Source: the human T2T-CHM13v2.0 reference genome, Homo sapiens
Strand: one strand, 5' to 3'
DNA length: 64,000 nucleotides
Assembly: GCF_009914755.1 (NCBI RefSeq)
Contig: NC_060931.1
Made by a program: the position numbers and the translations under genes. Shown piece after piece: positions 1-15,321 of this stretch (position 1 is its first letter; each line of letters starts with the position of its first letter). The notes beneath the pieces are model-generated. The model saw only the letters and a list, made by a program, of their open reading frames with translations. It ran no database searches and was not told where the DNA came from.

Positions 1-113
1 GGGTCTTGCCATATTGCCCAGGCTGGTCTCTAACTCCTGGGCTCAAGTGATCCTCCTGCCTTGGCCTCCCAAAGTGCTCCCAAATTACAGGCATGAGGTA
101 CCGTGTCTGGCCA
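1..113 (-). mobile_element. Alu left-arm fragment (AluJ/FLAM-like), truncated by window edge
   Basis: cccaggctggtctc...ctcaagtgatcctcctgccttggcctcccaaagtgct. Confidence 0.85.
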
Positions 114-830
114 AATGCATTTTCAATAGTGCAACCAGACAGGTCTTTCTTCCCTCAAATGAGATCTTATCTCTCCCTTCTTAAAACAATCACAAGCTTC
201 AAAATGTCCTCAAAACAAAGTCTACACTCATTCATACAGCCTTAAACTCTATATTCTATCAAATGATCAACAACTATTTCTTGAATGCCTGCTATGTGCT
301 AGGAATGGTCTGGAATCTAAGGATACAGCAGTGAGCCAGACAAAGCTTCAGATATCAAGGAGCTTATGGCCCAGTGGGATATATACATAAACTGGGAAAT
401 ACACATAAACAAATAAACAAAAATATTCCAGATTCCAATAAGTATTATAAAGGTGGGGTAGAGAGTGTGCTGTGTCAGTCGGGGCATTCAGGTGATATTT
501 TAATAGAGAGGTCTGAATGTTCCAGCCAAATATATATCTAGCACACTCCTACTAACCTCAGTTCTCAGCTGAGACCTCCCCTGGGAAGTTTTCCTGTTGC
601 CTTGAGTCTGGGTTGGCAGCACCTCCCACACGCTCCATAGCATCGCGTGCTTACCCTGAACATTCACCACTCAGGGTGCTCATGCCCATTATTTGCCTGA
701 TTACTCCCCTACAGGAACAGGGTATCTTGTGCCTGGTTACATCCCTAGTGCGTGGTGCACAGTGCTTGCCATGCTTGAGTTGCTCAATATCCACTTCCTG
801 AATGGCAGATGAAGTAATTAATATTATTAA

Positions 831-1144
<314 letters not shown>

Positions 1145-1583
1145 GCCTCAGTAATTTTAAAGAGGGTAATATAATTGTCCTTGGAAGAGGTGTATTGGCT
1201 GACTGAAATGAGAAAAGTCCACATAAAACATTTTATTCATTATTTCCATTTGTTTTATTACTGCTAACATGAATACCAAAGCATAAAACTCAACACCTGG
1301 ATAATTAGTCATGTCTTTCAGTTTATGCTTCTCTGCTATTTTTTAATTCCCAGGCTCCATAAAAATATGTACGCTTTTCCTATGGGAAATTTTCAAATAT
1401 GAAGTCATAGACTTCTTAAGTAAAACCTAATGATTCTTTAACTGTGTTAAGAATACAGCTTCTAACGAAAGTTAATAAATGCACAGTTCTCTTCCTTTTG
1501 ACATTATGGGTTTTTGTACTCAGAGTGGGTAAGTCCTAAGGCCTTTTATCCATTTTTAATTCTAAATTCAAGATTGAATGTAA

Positions 1584-1882
1584 GGCCAGGCATGGTGGCT
1601 CATGCCTGTAATCTGAGTACTTTAGGAGGCTGAGATGGGAGGATTTCTTTAGGCCAGGAGTTTGAGACCAGCCTGGGCAACATAGTGAGACCCTGCCTCT
1701 ACAAAAAAATTTTAAAAATTAGCTAAGTGTGGTAGCATGTGCCTGTAGTCACAGCTACTTGGGAAGCAGAGGCAGGAGGATTGTCTGAGCCTAGGAGTTT
1801 CAGGATGCAGTGAGCCATGATTGTACTACTGCACTCCAGCCTGAGTAACAGTAAAACCCTGCCTCAAAAAAAAAAAGAAAAA
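1584..1882 (+). mobile_element. Alu (AluJ-like)
   Basis: ggccaggcatggtggctca...poly-A, with TSD aagatt(g/c)aatgtaa. Confidence 0.95.
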
Positions 1883-2911
1883 AGATTCAATGTAAGAATG
1901 AAAAACATGATGCCATATGCCAAATGACTGACTGCTGAGGGATTAAATCTGCCAAAAATGATTCTTTGTTTTATATGACTCAGCTTTTCAAGTTCTCTAA
2001 GGTAACAACAGGAAGATTTTTCTGAGATCATACAATATTTTCCAGTTAAAGTCAAAGATAAGTGACCCCTATGTACTATCTATATTAAAAAATCAACAAT
2101 TTCTTCCCCTAAGGCACTGGGAAGGCTTCCAATCAAGCAAATGTCATAGCAGAACTGTACTTTTGGTCCTATAATTCTCCACCACCCAGCTTAAAAGCAA
2201 CAATTCTAATATGATGGTTTCCATATGAAATTTGTCCAGAAAACTGAAGAGATGGAAGAGAAATAAAAGTAAATAAGGAAGATGACAGATCATATCATTC
2301 CTCCAACTAAGAATAATCAAGCATTTAGTGAAACCATGAAGGATGCATTACAGTTCTGTGAATCTCAGCAAATACTGGATTTTTATAAACCTGGCATCCT
2401 TATTTCCTATTTAATGTCAGCTTGTCAGAGTAGCACAGCATATTGATTAGACTATAGCTGATAGAGAATATCAAATACAACTCTGTATCCCTAGTCAAAA
2501 AGTTGTAGCCAGAACTTCTCATTATGGTTTTAGTGAGATGAAATGAGTGAACATATTTACATATTCTCTTTTATCTTCTATTAAGGCAATGTTTCTAGGT
2601 TCACGTAGTTAATCTATTTGTTTTTATCTCTTCAGTTCTGTTATTCTGCTTCTAGTTTATTGAACTTTGATGACAGGTACTTCACATCCTATATCCTTCT
2701 CTGAAATGAGAGTTAATAGCTTTGCTTGAGTAATAGAAATCTTTAAAAGCCAATATAGATGAGCAGATCTGTGGATGAGGCTGAGAAAAACAGCTTAGAA
2801 CTTAATGGAAACAGGTAAAGCAATTGTCTAGGATTTATCTCAACAGTGATGAATAAAAACAAGATAAACCCAAAAGATATGTTAAAGAAAACATTTTAAA
2901 ATGTCACTTAC

Positions 2912-3010
2912 CCTTAGTTCTTCCTTTGTATTAAAACTATCAAGAAGCTGTTGATAATGTCTATCTGTCATTTGTCGTAATAGGGACAGGAGACAAGCAA
3001 CAAACTCCCC
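2912..3010 (-). CDS. DOCK4: DOCK4 coding exon ~26 (99 nt), GEFVACLLSLLRQMTDRHYQQLLDSFNTKEELR
   Basis: Poly-T tract, then acttag|GGG; donor AGG|gtaagt. 33 codons. Confidence 0.96.
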
Positions 3011-4469
3011 CTAAGTTAAAAAAAAAAAAAGCATACATTTTATTTTTAGTAAGGACGTAAAAGAACATCAGTAACTTACACTGAACTGTCCTCAAAGAGA
3101 ATAGGTTAAAATGAAATCACGATGATCCAAACTTGCCCTGTGAAGTCTTCTTAATATAAATTATCCAAAATGTCACAGCCAAAACTCCCTATGATGATTA
3201 CCATTTATTTACTTGGTATTCACAAATTTATAATTTTAGGGAGGATTTTTTTTTTTAACTTGAGTGGAAGCTTTTCACTTGGGAACTAACTTCACACATT
3301 TAAAGAAGGTAAGGCACCGAGGGTTTATGATCATTTACTGAGCATTTAACATGTCTGTAATAATTCTAACATTTAAGCTTCATATCAACACTATGAGGTA
3401 GGGGGTATAATACCTTTTTGAAGAAGGTAAAATGTAGTTTCTGATGTGCTAAATGACTTGCCCCAAGTCACTCAGCTAGAAAGTAGCAGAGCTGGCATTA
3501 TCCCCAGTCTTTCTGCCTCCAAAGCCCTTCCTGTAGCTTCATGCTCCATTTTTGAATTCAAATGACCTCCTCCAACTCATCAGAGAGTTGATCTGCTGAC
3601 TCACAGGGTATAATGAATGCCATATGTTGCATAATGTTCATTTCAATCTCCTTTTAAAAAATAGTTTTATTCAGATGTCTTGGAAGATTGAAAACAATTT
3701 TTTTAATTGGCCATTCTTTTTGTGCTTGGGCTCTATGTGATTTGTAACCATAAATTCTAATTCTTAAAAATTAACAATAAAAAAGTAAACATAGCATCTA
3801 TGGATTTGAAGACCTACATAAAATTGCTATCACTTGCATTTTTGAATGAACTTCTAATTTAAAATGCTTGCATTTTCAATGCAACCTTTTGTGCTCAGCA
3901 AAGAATTTATCTACTTTTAAACAGAGTAATAACATTTAAAACAAAACAAATACAATAGGAGAGGCAATCACTGGTAACTAACTGTATATTTACAGAAGTG
4001 CAATTTAATTGGGAACTGGTTTCTTAGATTTTACATGGAAAGAGACTACAGACTTTATAAGTAGAGACTAAAAGCCCTGAGAAGGGAATTTTTCAACAGA
4101 AGCAGCTGGGTGAGGAAAATTCAATGTATCCTCGCCCACTGCCATGGGAGACCCAAGGATGCTATAATACTTAAAGACCATGTCAAGGCAACCAGGTACT
4201 CAGGCTAGATCTCTGTTTGCAGATAATCATTTGCAACACACAGGTATGACAAATAATTATCTATATACATTTTTTAGGGTAAATATTCAAGAAACTAACC
4301 AGTGTGGGCCAGAAGAAACATCCTTCAAGCTCAACATATACTTTGTTAATGAACATGGGAATCCTTGATATTTAACAAAAGAAATAAAAAGTTTAAAGGC
4401 AATATTATTAATATTTTTGTATATGTGTGTAAGGTAGTAACCCAACCCAACACTAGGAAAAGAATGATC

Positions 4470-7212
<2,743 letters not shown>

Positions 7213-8134
7213 AAAAGACATATGACAACACTATGATTTATGGAATGGCACTATGTGTAAATTACCATACTTTGACTATGCTATTGAGTTCATTCCTTGT
7301 TTGGGCCTTGTTGGGTAGACACAATCAATTTCACTTTAAAGAAAAGATAATTATCTCTTAAGGTTCAGAAATTTACCCCAGGTTCCACAGCTTGAGAATT
7401 GTGAGACTGGGATGTGAACCCAGGTATCCCTGGTTCTAGAAGTCTGTACTCAGTGACTCATCTTCCTTCTGCTCAGACTATTTGATTGTATAGAGAAAAT
7501 ACACCTGAGGTTTTTGGTTATAATTACAATATCAGTAAGTATACTTGAATTCATCAGTTGATAACTAAGGTTCATACTTTTTTACCTTTCTCTTAACTAT
7601 GCCTTGACTTAAAAATGCAAATCTAGTTAGTAGAAATCCATTCATCTCTTTTCCATCTCTTAGTTTTTCCATATCATATTCACATTGTCTCCATTACAGC
7701 TACTAGATTAATTTTCCTAAGACATTTACTTCAACACACAATCCTGTGAATAGTGAAATATGCTGAAGTGGGAAAAATGACATATTATTTGCAAATTTAG
7801 TAGTAACAAGAAATATTATGCAATAAGGAATAGACTTTCATCTTAAGCCTTTACAGTCAATATACATAGGGGAACAACCTGTTTGAATCCAGATTTATGA
7901 TTTTGTCATATCTGACTTATGCCCATTGCAATAACTTATAATCATGACATATAATCCCTTGGGCATTTATGATGATTATTGTCAATCCCAACATCTACTC
8001 TACAATGTCATTTATTCACTTATGCTGTTTAGGAACTCCAACCACATTCAACTCTGTTAGGAGGCCTAGATGTCCAATTACTAATGTATATTTTATCCAT
8101 AATGTAATTTTTTTGCTCTATTTCTTAAACTTAA

Positions 8135-8226
8135 ATTTTAATTAATTTTTTAAATTTTTTATTTCCATAGGTTTTTGGGGAAACAGGTGGTATTTGGTTA
8201 CATGAGTAAGTCTTTTAGCGGTGACT
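8135..8226 (-). mobile_element. Very short L1 3'-end fragment (L1PB-like)
   Basis: atttccataggtttttggggaaacaggtggtatttggttacatgagtaag, flanked by a 39-bp direct repeat. Confidence 0.75.
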
Positions 8227-9085
8227 TCCAATTACTAATGTATATTTTATCCATAATGTAATTTTCTTTGTTTTTAAGATATTTTAAGAATGTATCTGTA
8301 TGAAAATCCTAGACTCATAATTTATTAAAAAGAAATAAAAAGCCATCAGTGGCCAAGATGTACTTAGCTGCAGTGTGAAACTTTCTTTTGTATAAATCAC
8401 CTTGAAAACTCTGTAGTCTTCAGTGGCCATTTTATGTATAGATTGAGTATAATGGGAATTTCTACAAATGACTGTGTATAGCAAGGGTATTGGATGGCTA
8501 CAACTGTCTTCACGAAACCTATTATACACATACATTATTTTTTTCCACATATTTCTTACAGAATTAACCCAGGCCCATTTCCATACCCCACCACAAACCG
8601 ACATCACATGAAAATTTTAGATAAACACATCAGAGTAGCTGTCTTAGACCTGGCCTATGCCCAGAAGAATCACATGCTCCGTAAATGTTATTTAACAGAG
8701 TTACGAACGAGTAAGCATTTATAAATTGTAAGGAACTCTGGAGCTCCATTAGTCGAGAATGCAAGGCAAGTGGTCATTCATACTGCTTTATAAAATCTGC
8801 TTCTACCTATAATTAGACTTTTGAAAGGAACTGATCACAATGGTGCTTTTTTGTTTTTTTTTTCTAGCTAGGGAAAGCATTTTAAAGTTCAAAAAACAGT
8901 CGGTGGAAAAACAAAAAGTACAATCCTTTTAAATTTTAAAAATAAGGCCTCTGTTATCTGGAACTATGATACAGCAGACGCCAGTGCTCATGCTGGTGTG
9001 GCTGGGAGGCTGGGTAACAATCATGGTGCTTACAGAGCACTGGAAGAATTCACAATGGCACATTGTGGGATCTGCGTTTACTCAC

Positions 9086-9193
9086 AGTGTGTCTACTTGT
9101 CATGGGCACTTTTCCATATGTGTCTGCACAGACTGAAAAGGTGCTCAATGTAGTACTGCCATGTGAAGACTCCCTATTCAGAAAGCCTGTTCT
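9086..9193 (-). CDS. DOCK4: Candidate in-frame alternative cassette exon of DOCK4 (108 nt), RTGFLNRESSHGSTTLSTFSVCADTYGKVPMTSRHT
   Basis: Acceptor atttctttatcattttctcacag|AGA, donor ACT|gtgagt. 36 stop-free codons in phase 0, matching both flanking exons. No repeat recognised here. No transcript evidence is available. Confidence 0.5.
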
Positions 9194-9474
9194 CTGTGAG
9201 AAAATGATAAAGAAATTCAACAGATCTTCAGTCTCCAGAGAATGGATTTTGTGAAAGACAAGACCAGGGCATATTTCTCGCCATAGAATTATTATAACAA
9301 CAACAATACCTGAAGCACGTCTGCAACAATCATGATATGACTGTGACTTCTGCTGCTACCACAATGACTAACGGTCAGCATTTATTGAGTATCAGACCAG
9401 ATACTGTTTAAACACCTTTACAGATTTGATGAAATCCTCACACTAACTTTGAGATAAGTACAACTATTTTCTCT

Positions 9475-9783
9475 GATTTATTTATTTATTTATTTATTTA
9501 TTTATGAGACAGGGTCTCACTCTGTCACCTAGGCTGGAGTGCAGTGGTATGATCTCGGCTCACTGCAACCTCCATCTCCTGGGTTCAAGCCATTTTTGGG
9601 CCTCAGTCTCCTGAGTAGCTGGGGTTACAGGTACCCACCAACAGGCCTGGCTAATTTTTTTGTATTTTTAGTGGGGGTTTCAAGATGTTGGCCAGGCTGG
9701 TCTCAAACCTCTGCCTCAAGCAATACGCCCGCCTTGGCCTCCCAAAATGCTGGGATTACAGGCATAAGACACCGCGCCTGGCC
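9475..9783 (-). mobile_element. Alu with (TTTA)n tail, inserted in a MIR
   Basis: Antisense dimer with flanking tattttctctg TSD; MIR core aaacagaggcttagaga follows. Confidence 0.93.
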
Positions 9784-10389
9784 TATTTTCTCTGTTTTAA
9801 AGAAACAGAGGCTTAGAGACATTAGTAACTTGACCAACATCACAGAGTCAGTGCAATGACAGAGAAGGAATCAAGCTAGGTCTGTCTGAGTACTCTTAAA
9901 AAAAAAAGTCTTAAAGCATAAAAGCAAAGATGTCAAATAATTTATGTGTGTGTTTCATGGAAAATTTCACCCCACACACCTGGACAGTCTGGTTTCTCAC
10001 ACAGCAAGGGGTACCACAGAGCTATGCAGGAAGGATTCTCTTCATGTGATTTTCTTATAATTTAGTACACAGGACAATCACTCTGCCTGCCCTACCCCAC
10101 CTCCACCCACAGACCTGATTCACTGACTTCCTGAAGTCTCGTAATTGGCATTACTTATTACACTGTATGGCCTGAAGACCACATGTATCCCATAGAGATT
10201 TGGTGCACAACAACCTTGTACGCTCTGCACGTCGATAGAAAGCAGTTTAAAAAGTGTTTTAGCTTCTGATCTCAGGCAATCTTTAACTATGCCCAGCATT
10301 TGCTATGACTTTGTTTGCTTGCCATTATAACTTTCAAACTATGTAAGTTATATTGCCAGGAAGCAATTAAAATGTCACCATCAAAACCA

Positions 10390-11991
10390 CAGTGAAGGAG
10401 ACATCCTTCCTCTTCCACGTTGAAAGTGTAGCCATACTTCTCCCCTATTCCTCCTGCTAAGTACAACTAAAAACCTGAACATCAAATATAAAACAAACAG
10501 AAAAAGACTCTGACAGGAGGGGAGAGAGGGCAGACTGGCCAAGAACCTCCTTGGGACCTGAGCAAGGGCACGGTGTAGATTTCTTTGGATTTTCTTTTTT
10601 GCCTCGTATATTTCAAAGATGGGGCTGAAGAGGCCAGCAACTGTGAAAGACCAATAGTTGGTAGACAAAAGAAAAAGTCCCAAAAAACCTTATTTCTCCA
10701 GCCAAAGGACTAGGAAAGGGCAGCCCTGCAGGGCAATGCTTTTAGCCGCAGTTGCTCTATTCTAGCTGAACACCACAGAAAACTTTGTCCTCAGTCACCT
10801 GTTCACTGCAAAGGCTGAGTGAGGAGCCTAGACTTCCACCCTCATGAGGATGTAGTGAGGTGTCCCAACATCTCTCCTAGAGTGGAGCCAGAGAAGGTCA
10901 AACAGGGAGCAGGTACTTTCATACCCACGAGTCAGTGTTGGTGAAAACAATGGGAGGAGCCTGGGCTTCCACCCACAACTGGCAGTAACAAGTCACATTT
11001 TTTCCCTCCCCACTGGGGTGGTGTCAAAGAGGCCTAGTAGAGAGTCAGGACGGTCACCATGGCCCAGCAGTAACAAAGCCACTCCCACCACACTGGCAGT
11101 AGAGACCACATGCAGAGCCAGAACTTCCACCTCACCCAGCAGTAACAAGAAGCCCTCTTGCCTCAGCTGTCAAAGGAAACCAAGTGGCGAACCTGGATTT
11201 CTATCACTGTCTCACCATAACATGTAGGCACTGTTCCCCTGATGAGTGGTATCACACAAAGCCAGCTAAAACAGAAGGTTTATGTAAGATCCAGAGCTTT
11301 ATAATATAGAAATGTCTTGGTCATAAGAGAAAATAACACATCCTATCAAGAACTAAGAAAACCTCAAATTGAATGAAAAAGACAATCAATAGATGTCCAC
11401 ACTGCAACGTCAGATTGTTAGAATTATCTGACACATACAAAATGGTTAAGGGACTTACATGTAAAATATAAAACTATACTACTTTTAGGAAAGAAACTAG
11501 GAGATAACATTTAAGATACAGGGCTAGGCAAAAAGAGTCAAAAGCTTGAACTATAAAAGGAAATTAATAAACTGGACTTAAATGAAATTAAAAATTTTTG
11601 CTCTGCAAAGCTTGTTAAGAGGATGAAAAAACAAGCTACAGAGTAGGAGAAGATACCTGCAAACCACATATTATAAAAAGAAATAAAAACTCAACAGTGA
11701 AAAAACAATCCAGTGTAAAAAATGGCAAAAAGACATGAAAAGACATTTCACTGAAGAGGATATATAGATGGCAAATAAGTATGTGAAAAGTTGCTCAGCA
11801 TCATTAGTCATTAGGGACATGCAAATTAAAACTACAATAAGATATCACTACATAGCTATCAGAATGCTCTCCACTCCAAAAAAACGGGTAACACCAAATG
11901 ATGATGAGAGTATTGAGAAAGTGGACGATTCATAACTTGTATATATAGTAGAGCTACTATTTTCCATAGTGGCTATACCATTTTATATTCC
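10390..11991 (+). mobile_element. Old L1M (5' region plus ORF2 3' fragment) ending in a micro-inversion
   Basis: L1 ORF2 motifs agacatttcactgaagaggatata and atgcaaattaaaactacaataagatatcac. 5' boundary approximate. Confidence 0.75.
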
Positions 11992-12104
11992 TGTATATAT
12001 ATAAATAGATACACATATATAAACTGCCAGATGTATTATTTCTTAATATTATTTTCTTAATGTTTTACATGAATATAAAATACAGATATAATATTAGACT
12101 CAAA

Positions 12105-13043
12105 ATGCTTCAGTCACGTTGCAGGTGGCTTGATGTTATAATCTGGAAAATCTGGCCTTAGGAGAGTAACCCATCAGCATTTCAAAATCATATGAGGTTA
12201 CCTTAATTTTACAAGGAAACCAAGATATAAAACATGTTTGTTAAAGGAACTTGGAATAAGCAGTTTTTAATTGCAGAAAGCCAGCTTCAAAGCACTTTAA
12301 AATTTGCCAATTCCAGGCTAGGCATGGTGGTTCACACCTGTAATCCCAATACTTTGGGAGGCCAAGGCAAGTGGATCATCTGAGGTCAGGAGCTCGAGAT
12401 CAGCCTGACCAACATGGTGAAACTCTGTCTGTATTAAAAATACAAAAATTAGCCGGGTGTGGTGGCGGGCATCTGTAATCCCAGCTACTCAAGAGGCTGA
12501 GGCACGGAGAATTACTTGAACCCGGGAGATGGAGGTTGTAGTAAGCCAAGATCACACACTCGCACTCCAACCTGGGAGACAGAGCGAGACTCCGTCTCAA
12601 AAAAAGAAAAAAAACTTTGCCAATTCCAACCTTCTCATTTCCTAGCTAAGAAAACTGAGGCCTAGAAAAGTTACGATTCTGACTAGTCAGAGTGAAAAAT
12701 TTGGAATGAAAACTCAGGGCCCTGACTCCTATTACTCTGTTTCACTCTTCTCGTTTCCTCAAGCAATTTGATGGATGATAAGAGAATAAAAAGTCATCAA
12801 GTTGACTTGGAATATAAAATCTTGGGTTAATTTAAACCGGGCATGGTATGACTAATATCAAAGCTGGCTTTCTGCAATTAAAAACTGCTTATTCCAAGTT
12901 CCTTTAACAAACATGTTTTATATCTTGGTTTCCTTGTAAAATTAAGGTAACCTCATATGATTTTGAAATGCTGATGGGTTACTCTCCTAAGGCCACATTT
13001 TCCAGATTATAACATCAAGCCACCTGCAACGTGACTGAAGCAT
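12105..13043. repeat. 183-bp inverted repeat (arms 12105-12287 and 12861-13043; 573-bp spacer)
   Basis: The arms are reverse complements base for base, except one mismatch (C12152/C12996). Confidence 0.98.
12316..12614 (+). mobile_element. AluS-like in the spacer of the inverted repeat
   Basis: Full dimer with TSD tttgccaattcca. Confidence 0.95.
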
Positions 13044-13085
13044 AACCAGGCCCTGTTCCACGTGCCATCTGCTCTATGATCTTAC

Positions 13086-13220
13086 AGTGACATCCTGGAA
13101 CTGGAACCGCATTGCTGAGCTGGATGGCTGAGGTCGGCTGGTGATCTCCAATATGGTCCTCAGCAGAATATCCAGCAAGCTGGCCACTATCACATCTATT
13201 TCCTCCAGCACAGATTTTTC
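13086..13220 (-). CDS. DOCK4: DOCK4 coding exon ~25 (135 nt), EKSVLEEIDVIVASLLD...MRFQFQDVT
   Basis: Acceptor ctcttaag|GAA, donor ACT|gtaaga. 45 codons. Confidence 0.96.
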
Positions 13221-15321
13221 CTTAAGAGAAAAAAAATAATATGTTCAGGAAACTGGGGTTTAACATGCATTTCAATCTAACAGAAAAGGGGAAATCAAAG
13301 AGTCAGAGAACTTGAGGCATGGATTTCACCTAAGTGAATGATCTCCTTTTACAGTAAACAAAGGCACAGAGAAGTTAATGGCTTACCCAAGAGTACACAA
13401 CTCAGTGGTGCAATGGATACCTGAGATACAAGTAAAAAGGTGGGTGATATCATGAAGGCACACCAGACTAACTCAGAACACCAGCGAGGCTCCCAACAGG
13501 GTGTGTGACCTCAGGCAAGTCAGTCTGCCTCTCTGAGCCTGAATCTTCACTGAGAGTCCATCCTTGTTCTTGGTCTATGATTCCTTGGTTCCAGACTGTG
13601 CTTATATTTACTTTTCTCAATATTAGAGTTACATCAGTCATTTTCCGAAACTTTAAGTACAAATGACTATTCCTATAAAAAATGATTTTTAAAAATCTTT
13701 GCATGTAAATATTAGGAAATGGTGTTTGGCCCAGACAAATACCCTTAGCTACAGAGTGGATCTAAGGTCAGTGGCCATGTGGAAACTGCTTTCCTGATGC
13801 AAAGTTAATAGTATCCACGCCCCAGGACTTGCAAGAGAAACCCAAATTGCTCTGCACTGACTGTATGTGGAGTTGGGTTCTTATTACACCTGCACAAAAC
13901 AAAACTCTATGTACAAATGCTTCTAACCAAGGAGATCACTCTTTGTAAAAAATACTTTTAGAAAGTACGAGTTTGAAAGAGCTTTTTGGCTAGGATTTTA
14001 TGATAAATTTTCTTACACTTGCAAGAAAACTACCAAGATTTTCCCTCCAGTGACTTGGTTTCTGCTCTGAATGTCTTACAGAGCAGAAGTTGTGGAGGTG
14101 ATTTCTTTTTATTTCTCTTCTGCTGTTTTTGGTTCTGTGCAGTGAACTATCTAACTTACATTTTACTCTCAGCAATTATAATTTGGAAAACGATTCTAAC
14201 TAGGCATAGCATAGTTATTCTTTATATAATTTTATAGAGGCGGGTTTAAAACTGAATTCATGCCTTCTGTCACCACTGTTCTATTCAGTTCCAGATCACC
14301 TTTGGGGCCTGGATCATGGGGGTGGGAAAAAGTCAACTGCTTTGTTCCATGCAGGTTCCTCTTATTACACTTCCAGAGGCAGAATTTCTAGCTTTTTTCT
14401 CTCAACTGCCAACTCTGTTCCCACGCTACTGGGGCTCTATCTCCAACAACTCCACTGAGGTCCCATCCCACCTCACTGATCTTCAGAAGCTGATCGTAAG
14501 TGACAAATTGGGGAAACTGTAGCATAAAGGTAATAGGGAAGCAGAGGAACAGGATTCTTGGCACTCATTGCCAAACTCCGCTCCATAAAACCTGTTACCG
14601 ATGAGCAAAATGGTTAACAGTTGCATATTGGCAGAAGTGGAACAGGATATTCTCCATATGTGGATTTCACACCAGACCCCTGAGCCATGAACACAAATAC
14701 TCTGAGTTGTCCCATTTATAAGCAAGCATGTGATTCTTCTCATTTTGCAGTGCATTCTCTAATGCAATTGCATTGCATCAAGAGTCAGGCACGTTGATAG
14801 GAATCCCCAAATCCATAACAATTTGGAGATCACTGGTGGGGCCAAGTAATGGTTATACTGTAAGATACCCCTAATCTCCTGGGGCTGTCCTTTGCTTCTG
14901 CAATTTCCAGGGGACCCGGCCCAAGGACCACAGCCAAGTTCTGAGTATCATGAAGTAGCCTTTCACAGAATGGATCAAAAACGACTTCATGTTGCAAGCA
15001 GTAATTTATTCTTGCCACAGAGCAGTCATCATATCAAGATTAAAGACACACGTGGGAGGCTTTGAGATTTCTCATTTTTCTCACTCAGTATGCAGTTCTT
15101 CCTTGAAATACAAGTTTGGGGAACCCAGGTTATTTGGGGTTACAGAATCCCACAAGGTTAAAAAAATTCCTTCCAAAGAGAAGCAAAAAGTCCAGCCCAG
15201 CTGGAAATAAAAGTGGGTCTCAGAGGCTTCCTCTTTAGTGCGGTTTCTTTGTAGACTATTACAAGTTTATTTCCAGAAGCCATTTGAAGGGAGCTATATA
15301 CTATGACCTGTATTTACTTAC

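Noticed and set aside
9063-9254. + strand ORF resembling a signal peptide (MWDLRLLTVCLLVMG...)
   Set aside because: Starts at a non-ATG codon and is simply antisense to the candidate cassette exon.
9310-9320. 11-nt microexon-like ttgcag|ACGTGCTTCAG|gtattg on the minus strand
   Set aside because: Weak donor, poor pyrimidine tract and not a multiple of 3; likely chance.
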